A DNA stretch of 4,003 nucleotides from a virus. Its lineage: Duplodnaviria; Heunggongvirae; Uroviricota; Caudoviricetes. Positions within the stretch are counted from its first letter, which is position 1; each line of letters opens with the position of its first letter. Position numbers and translations under genes: made by a program. Below, piece by piece: positions 1-4,003 of the stretch. The stretch lies in IMG/VR virus record IMGVR_UViG_2534682255_000016. One strand, given 5' to 3'. Below the pieces are notes generated by a model. The model saw only the letters and a program-made list of their open reading frames with translations. It did no database searches and had not been told where the DNA came from.

Positions 1-391
1 AGCGCAGAAAATGCAGTCCGCCTCCGTCCAGAAAGGTGTATTCATGGGGACGGAAGCCCACGGACAGCCCCCTGACCAGCCCGGTCTTAATGGCCGCCCA
101 GACCTCATCCAGCCGGGCAGCCAGTTGCGACGGCATATCCGGTACGGGCTTCACCAGTGTTGCCGTGATTTCCAGCCCTTCGCTGACCCGGCGCACCGTA
201 CACTGCCCCACCGGGCGGGAATGGTCATGCTGCCAGAGAAACGGGATCGCACTGCCAAACTCCGCGCCCTCCGGCTCCAGGATGTCACCATCCCGATCCG
301 GAGAAGGCGTTGACGCAATCCCGGTGATCACCCGTTCATCCTCACTGAAGGATTTCACCGTCAGCAGGGAACAGGCCCGTTTAAGAGTCAC
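1..391 (-). CDS. HK97-family prohead (head maturation) protease, Peptidase S78/U35-like; N-terminal ~130 codons only, continues past the window start
   Basis: Hand translation of the minus strand from GTG at 391..389 gives MTLKRACSLLTVKSFSEDERVITGIASTPSPDRDGDILEPEGAEFGSAIPFLWQHDHSRPVGQCTVRRVSEGLEITATLVKPVPDMPSQLAARLDEVWAAIKTGLVRGLSVGFRPHEYTFLDGGGLHFLR with no stop to position 1. The motifs DRDGDI, LWQHD..PVG and GLSVGF match the prohead protease signature as I remember it. AGGAGG at 402..397 sits 5 nt upstream of the GTG. This ORF is absent from the supplied track (no ATG, runs off the edge). The plus-strand ORFs 11..313 and 36..404 are antisense to it. Confidence 0.75.
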   Translation of the reverse strand, partial: MTLKRACSLLTVKSFSEDERVITGIASTPSPDRDGDILEPEGAEFGSAIPFLWQHDHSRPVGQCTVRRVSEGLEITATLVKPVPDMPSQLAARLDEVWAAIKTGLVRGLSVGFRPHEYTFLDGGGLHFLR

Positions 392-404
392 ATCAGCCTC
401 CTGA

Positions 405-429
405 AAATAAAAAAACCGCCGCAGCGGTT
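405..429 (-). terminator. Weak intrinsic-terminator-like hairpin plus T-tract between terminase large subunit and protease
   Basis: Plus-strand 414..429 aaccgc-cgca-gcggtt forms a 6-bp stem with a 4-nt loop. On the minus strand it is followed immediately by TTTTTTTATTTT (complement of 405..413 and beyond). It lies 26 nt downstream of the TerL stop (455..457). The stem is short, so this may only be a pause or partial terminator. Confidence 0.35.
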
Positions 430-454
430 CATGATGGTTACAGTGTGAACAGGG

Positions 455-2116
455 TTATATGAAAAAAACCGCATATTCTTTCTTTTTCGGTTCCGGGTTA
501 AGGGACATCAGGGAGACCGCATTGAACAGCGCCATCAGCGGGTCAATTTTTCCCCGTCCACTGGCCTGTTTGGTGATAAGAATGGCGTTACCTTTAGGCT
601 CCACCCGGGCATTGCCGACACACCAGGCCATCAGGGGCTGGTCACCATGCACCAGCACCCCTTCAGCCAGTTTGCGCTCGGTGGTTTTAATGGCCCCGCC
701 CAGTTTCCAGCCCTGGCTTATCCCCACCACAATTCCGTCGGGGATCCCGGCTTCCGCCAGTGAATCCAGAATCTGCCCCACACCTGACGGGTCAATACCG
801 ATATGATCCAGTAACTCAGCCTCATGAATACGACGCACATACTCCGCCACTTCCGCCGTGTCATCCCCGACCCGACGGACAATCGTCATGTCTCCACAGG
901 CCACAAAATCCTGAAAACGGGATGCCTCACTCTTCCGTCTGACCACCGCGGTTTCATGCGCCCAGGCATGGCCCCAGCCCAGCCATTCGCGGGTCTCCCG
1001 GTCACGCCCAATCACATACATCCCCAGCAGATCATCCAGCCCTCCGCCGTCAATCCCCACCGTCACCACATCAGCACGACGCAGGATATCGTCCAGGCTG
1101 ATACAACGGCCCTGCTCTTCCCAGAAATCAGCCCCCGCCCAGCGGTCAGAGCGCAGGGCAAGACCAATTTCCACATTGGCGTGTTTTGACATGAACCCCC
1201 GGAATGTCTCTTCACCGGCTTCCCGGGCTTTACGGTACTCCCGGTACAGAAAAGCCTCATCCACCGAATAACCGAGATTCGGATTGACCATGGCGAGGTT
1301 TTCCATCAGCAGGTGAGCCCCGCTTTCCACCATTTCAGGAGGGTGTTCAAATATCACCGGCAGAAAATGCGGATCATGAATTTTGCCGTCACGGACATCC
1401 CGGGCGTACTGCAGTTTCTGTCTGAACACCCCGGCTGGCGGCTCATTCGACTGGGTGGTCGTATACACCACAAACCCTTCCGGGCGGGAGGCAAGGCCGC
1501 CTATGGCTTCACGTAACATGTCCTCCGCTTTGTACTGCTTGCCAAATAACCACAGTTCATCAATCAGCGTCCCCACGGACTTGATACCGGATACCGTATT
1601 CGGATCGGCAGCCACCACCTTAAGGGTGGTGTCCGTCACCCTGTGGGTGATGGTCCGGATATGTGTCTGCACCTGACAGAGGTCATCCAGATCATCGTCC
1701 CGTCGTACCATATCCCTGGCAGGGTTGAAGGCGTTAGCCGCCACCTCCACGGTCGGGGCCAGAATGGTGTAGCCCGCCGCCTGCCGCCAGTTCAGTAACA
1801 GCGCCGTCATCATGATCCCCGCGGCCAGCGTGGACTTACTGTTTTTCTTGGGGATAAGGATAAACACTTCCTTGATATGGCGAACACCGGTCTGCGCATC
1901 GTAGGAGCCAAACAGGGCCGCCACCAGGTCAAACACCCACGGTGCACAGGACTCCCCGAATGTCGGGCTACCCGGTGCATCCACAATTCGCAGTTGTTTA
2001 AAAATCGCCAGGGCATGTGCAGCCTGGTCCGGATAAATCGGAGCCGGAATAATCGACAGCCCCTTTTTCAGGCGCTCTGCCCAGTCCGGACATGCCGTGC
2101 TCCATACAGGTATCAT
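455..2116 (-). CDS. terL: Phage terminase large subunit (TerL), Terminase_1/HK97-like family
   Basis: 553-aa ORF. The N-terminal half has a P-loop-like ILIPKKNSKSTLAAGI (compare PRKNGKST in this family). The C-terminal half has a nuclease-domain-like VVTVGIDGGGLDDLLGMYVIGR. Size is typical for TerL. ATG at 2116..2114 is preceded by GAGGAAAG and overlaps the TerS stop as ATGA. Confidence 0.9.
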   Translation of the reverse strand: MIPVWSTACPDWAERLKKGLSIIPAPIYPDQAAHALAIFKQLRIVDAPGSPTFGESCAPWVFDLVAALFGSYDAQTGVRHIKEVFILIPKKNSKSTLAAGIMMTALLLNWRQAAGYTILAPTVEVAANAFNPARDMVRRDDDLDDLCQVQTHIRTITHRVTDTTLKVVAADPNTVSGIKSVGTLIDELWLFGKQYKAEDMLREAIGGLASRPEGFVVYTTTQSNEPPAGVFRQKLQYARDVRDGKIHDPHFLPVIFEHPPEMVESGAHLLMENLAMVNPNLGYSVDEAFLYREYRKAREAGEETFRGFMSKHANVEIGLALRSDRWAGADFWEEQGRCISLDDILRRADVVTVGIDGGGLDDLLGMYVIGRDRETREWLGWGHAWAHETAVVRRKSEASRFQDFVACGDMTIVRRVGDDTAEVAEYVRRIHEAELLDHIGIDPSGVGQILDSLAEAGIPDGIVVGISQGWKLGGAIKTTERKLAEGVLVHGDQPLMAWCVGNARVEPKGNAILITKQASGRGKIDPLMALFNAVSLMSLNPEPKKKEYAVFFI

Positions 2117-2676
2117 CCGCTTTCCTCATTCTGGTTATTCACCACCAGCCGGGGAGGTGGTGGCACCGCAAAACGGTTAGCCGCTTTTTTCGCGGCATCA
2201 CCTTTTGCCGATTTTTTACCGGCATCGCCTTTTTTATGGTGTGTGAACTGCGCCAGTCGCCAGGCCGCATCCAGTGCCAGTTTCGGGTCAATTATCAGGT
2301 TTTCCACCAGGATCTGCCCCATCGCTTTCACCGGATCGGGAAGACCATCCTCCATATATTCAATACCATGAGATATCACCGCGGGCGGAGGCATCTCCGG
2401 ATTTTTTTCGTCCGGCTGTGGTATTGCAGCCACCTCACGGCGACGGGGTTTATCCTCCTGCTCTGATTTTTTCTGCCGGTAAACAGGAACCTCATCCACC
2501 TCCACCGTCTCGCATTGTTTACGGGCTATAAACGCAAGCACCTCAGGATCTTTTGCCAGCTGCGAGCCTTTAACCCTGGCGGTCTTCGCCGAATAACCGG
2601 CGGCAATGGCTGACGCTGTTTTGTTTTTCCCGGACATGAGCGCCAGCGCAAATTTTCGTTTTTGCGTTGTCAGCAC
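2113..2676 (-). CDS. terS: Phage terminase small subunit (TerS), P27/Terminase_2-like family
   Basis: 187-aa ORF. The N-terminus LTTQKRKFALALMSGKNKTASAIAAGYSAKTARVKGSQL matches the conserved helix-turn-helix region of P27-type small terminase subunits (..KQ..F..EYL...N.TQAAI.AGYS.KTA). The start codon is GTG (2676..2674), checked by hand, with a strong SD GGGAGGAGG at 2687..2679. It sits immediately upstream of TerL and overlaps it by 4 nt. The C-terminus is K/A/G-rich followed by PPPP. Confidence 0.85.
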   Translation of the reverse strand: MLTTQKRKFALALMSGKNKTASAIAAGYSAKTARVKGSQLAKDPEVLAFIARKQCETVEVDEVPVYRQKKSEQEDKPRRREVAAIPQPDEKNPEMPPPAVISHGIEYMEDGLPDPVKAMGQILVENLIIDPKLALDAAWRLAQFTHHKKGDAGKKSAKGDAAKKAANRFAVPPPPRLVVNNQNEESG

Positions 2677-2965
2677 AGCCTCCTCCCGGGTCCAGAACGC
2701 ACTCAGCCGGGTATGGTTCAGCCCATTTTTCCCGGCGTCTCATGCCGCAAATGTTAACTGCTGCCTGGTTAACATTTGCTGAAAAAGCCTGTTAACATTT
2801 TTTCCGCACAACAAACTGAATAATAAAGATAAAAACCGCAAAAATGCCCGGGCAGCCAGTTAACATGTTAACTGCCCTGAAACGGGAATTTTTTCTCTGC
2901 GTGAGAGGGGGCGCGGTGTCCAGGGCGATCGTTTTTTTTCGCCGGATGATCCCCCCCGGGTCTGG
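2677..2965. other. Candidate cos region (cosB-like repeat cluster plus GC-rich cosN candidate) between HNH and TerS
   Basis: 289-bp non-coding gap lying between an HNH endonuclease gene and the small terminase gene, which is where cos sits in HK97-like phages. It contains five GTTAAC-core palindromic repeats (2749..2875), an A-tract-rich stretch (2811..2845) and a GC-rich block with homopolymer runs (about 2895..2960). This is a functional inference; the nick site is not identified. Confidence 0.4.
2749..2875. repeat. Cluster of five GTTAAC-core palindromic repeats (AAATGTTAAC / GTTAACATTT / ATGTTAACTGC variants)
   Basis: GTTAAC occurs at 2753..2758, 2768..2773, 2791..2796, 2859..2864 and 2867..2872. 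I found no other GTTAAC in the 4003-bp window. AAATGTTAAC (2749..2758) and GTTAACATTT (2768..2777, 2791..2800) are inverted copies of each other. ATGTTAACTGC is repeated exactly at 2751..2761 and 2865..2875. CAGTTAACATGTTAACTG at 2857..2874 is an 18-bp perfect palindrome. Confidence 0.8.
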
Positions 2966-3331
2966 TCACAGGCCAGTGATTCCGTCGGCCCTGAGCGTGC
3001 CATCAGGAAGCTCAGGCAACGTCGGATCAGGCATACCACTCGCCGCTTCACTCGCTGACTTCTGGCGATGGCATTCAGTACAGAGGGTCCAGAGGTTCGT
3101 CTCCTCATTACCACCACCGAACTGAAGTGCAATGCGGTGATCGAGTTCACTGTCACAAAGGTCAACCACACGACCACAGAGACAACAGTGTCCGGCATCC
3201 CTCCGCCAGATACGACGTTTGAGGGAAACCCGGGCACTGCCACTGACACGACGCTGTTCCCCCCTCAGGACATTTATCCGCCGGGTGTTCAGAGTTTTGA
3301 TTCTGCCCGGTAACGTACGAAGCACAGCCAT
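2966..3331 (-). CDS. HNH endonuclease (phage packaging-associated HNH, zinc-binding)
   Basis: 121-aa ORF with the HNH motif: HCCLCG (C-x2-C), ELDHRIAL (catalytic D-H), NEETNLWTLCTECHRQK (N...C-x2-C-H). ATG at 3331..3329 is preceded by GAGGA 7 nt upstream. Its position immediately upstream of TerS is typical of HK97-like cos phages. Confidence 0.85.
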   Translation of the reverse strand: MAVLRTLPGRIKTLNTRRINVLRGEQRRVSGSARVSLKRRIWRRDAGHCCLCGRVVDLCDSELDHRIALQFGGGNEETNLWTLCTECHRQKSASEAASGMPDPTLPELPDGTLRADGITGL

Positions 3332-3372
3332 GTAAAATCCTCGCCATATAGCTTGTCACCAGAGGAAAGAAA

Positions 3373-3597
3373 ATGTCATCGAAAAACCGGCCCCGCAGAA
3401 CAACAACCCGCAACATCCGATTTCCAAACCAGATGATTGAACAAATTAACATCGCTCTTGATCAGAAAGGTTCAGGAAATTTTTCAGCGTGGGTTATTGA
3501 AGCCTGCAGAAGAAGATTAATTAATGAAAAACATGCTCAATTTGTACCCAACAAAGACAAACACGACCAGAGCACCTGTTCAGACAGGTTTACTTAA
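3373..3597 (+). CDS. Small ribbon-helix-helix-like DNA-binding protein, resembling the YlcI/DUF3950 family of lambdoid prophages (family recalled from memory, not verified)
   Basis: 74-aa ORF with a basic N-terminus (KNRPRRTTTR), then a predicted beta-strand RNIRFPNQMI and two helices EQINIALDQKG / NFSAWVIEACRRRL, the usual RHH arrangement. SD AGAGGA lies 7 nt upstream of the ATG. Two 60-nt stretches hand-counted in 3421..3540 are about 37% GC, clearly lower than the terminase genes. A hairpin terminator follows 19 nt after the stop. Confidence 0.7.
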   Translation: MSSKNRPRRTTTRNIRFPNQMIEQINIALDQKGSGNFSAWVIEACRRRLINEKHAQFVPNKDKHDQSTCSDRFT

Positions 3598-3615
3598 ACG
3601 ACTTATATATGACAC

Positions 3616-3642
3616 AAAAAGCGACCACTAAAGTCGCTTTTT
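3616..3642. terminator. Bidirectional intrinsic terminator between convergent genes (RHH-like on plus, PerC-like on minus)
   Basis: AAAAAGCGAC (3616..3625), loop CACTAAA, GTCGCTTTTT (3633..3642): a 5-bp GC core that extends to 10 bp with the A/T flanks. There is a T-run after the hairpin on both strands. It sits between the stop at 3595..3597 (plus gene) and the stop at 3679..3681 (minus gene). Confidence 0.55.
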
Positions 3643-3678
3643 CTTATGGTAACAGGCAATAACGCTCTCAGATATTTT

Positions 3679-3993
3679 TTAGCATTTTTTTGACCGCGCG
3701 TTTCCGGACGTATTCTGTTCTCCTGTCCCTTTATATCGTCGGAATACCCGCCGCTCTTCAAATCCCATTCCCAACTCAGAATGTAGTCTGTTGACCGCTT
3801 GTTTTATTTCGGTCAGGTTCATCGGTGAAACCGGAGTCCGGCGCGCCTTACGCAAACACTCTGCTCGTTTCTGTGCCGCCACTTTTCTTTTCTGGTCATC
3901 ACTTAGCTGTACCATCACTTTTGCCCATCGTTCAGCTGCTCTCCGGTACAGTCCTTTTTTCTCCAGACATTCTGCCAGGTGATCATGTAGCAT
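3679..3993 (-). CDS. PerC-family (Pch-like) transcriptional regulator, prophage-borne
   Basis: 104-aa ORF. The N-terminal motif LAECLEKKGLYRRAAERWAKVM matches the PerC-family signature (..AE.LE.KG.WRRAA.RW..VM) as I recall it from PerC/Pch proteins. ATG at 3993..3991 is preceded by GAGG with a 6-nt spacer. Only 3 codons lie upstream before the window edge, so a longer N-terminus cannot be excluded. Confidence 0.65.
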   Translation of the reverse strand: MLHDHLAECLEKKGLYRRAAERWAKVMVQLSDDQKRKVAAQKRAECLRKARRTPVSPMNLTEIKQAVNRLHSELGMGFEERRVFRRYKGTGEQNTSGNARSKKC

Positions 3994-4003
3994 AAGTGAC
4001 CTC

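Noticed and set aside
11-404. Plus-strand ORFs 11..313 (100 aa) and 36..404 (122 aa)
   Set aside because: They are antisense to an uninterrupted minus-strand ORF with clear prohead-protease motifs, an AGGAGG RBS and a GTG start. Their translations are low-complexity (P/S/R-rich) with no recognisable domain.
392-457. Possible stop-codon read-through fusing TerL to the protease (the protease start is in the same frame as TerL with no further stop after the TAA at 455..457)
   Set aside because: Being in frame has a one-in-three chance expectation. The protease has its own strong SD and a GTG start, and a hairpin plus T-tract lies between the two genes. There is no recoding signal.
1063-2016. 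Minus-strand ORFs 1063..1260 and 1810..2016
   Set aside because: They are alternative frames lying entirely inside the TerL coding sequence. There is no independent support.
459-2531. Plus-strand ORFs inside the terminase genes (459..806, 760..942, 824..1189, 1313..1516, 1383..1676, 1877..2371, 2092..2466, 2274..2531)
   Set aside because: All are antisense to the well-supported TerL/TerS reading frames. Their products have no recognisable motifs and a biased P/R/S/H composition, as expected for the reverse strand of GC-rich coding DNA.
2573-2743. Unlisted small minus-strand ORF starting at the ATG at 2743..2741 (about 57 codons) and overlapping the TerS start out of frame
   Set aside because: It runs across the TerS RBS and N-terminal coding region, has no convincing RBS of its own and no recognisable motif. 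It is most likely a chance ORF.
2749-2875. CRISPR-like reading of the GTTAAC repeat cluster
   Set aside because: The repeat units are only 10-11 bp with irregular spacing (15, 23, 68, 8 bp) and mixed orientation. This is not the regular 25-40 bp repeat/spacer structure of a CRISPR array.
3300-3372. Sigma70-type promoter for the RHH-like gene (TAAAAT at 3333..3338 as -10)
   Set aside because: No acceptable -35 element lies at 16-18 bp spacing, and the candidate sits inside the HNH coding start. It is not distinguishable from chance, so I did not call it as a feature.
2844-3452. ORFs overlapping the HNH gene or the intergenic region (2844..3125 +, 2860..3249 -, 3068..3313 +, 3162..3452 -)
   Set aside because: They conflict with the HNH frame, which carries a complete C-x2-C / D-H / C-x2-C-H motif set, or they run through the repeat-rich non-coding region. 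No motifs or plausible RBS.
3791-3982. Plus-strand ORF 3791..3982 (63 aa)
   Set aside because: It is antisense to the PerC-like ORF, which has the family signature and a good RBS.

Overview
This window is the DNA-packaging / head-morphogenesis boundary of a lambdoid, HK97-like cos-type (pro)phage, encoded almost entirely on the minus strand. Reading 5'->3' on the minus strand: PerC-family regulator (3993..3679), a bidirectional terminator, a convergent plus-strand low-GC ribbon-helix-helix-like small protein (3373..3597), HNH endonuclease (3331..2966), a 289-bp non-coding region with five clustered GTTAAC palindromes and a GC-rich block (candidate cos site), terminase small subunit (2676..2113, GTG start), terminase large subunit (2116..455, ATGA overlap), a weak hairpin plus T-tract, and the start of an HK97-family prohead protease (391..1, runs off the window edge). 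No rRNA, tRNA, CRISPR array or IS element was recognised. I do not see a convincing novel defence system or other undescribed system here. The items most worth checking are the candidate cos-site architecture, the PerC/RHH accessory pair upstream of it, and the TerL-protease junction with no portal gene in between. All family assignments come from reading motifs in the translations, not from database searches.
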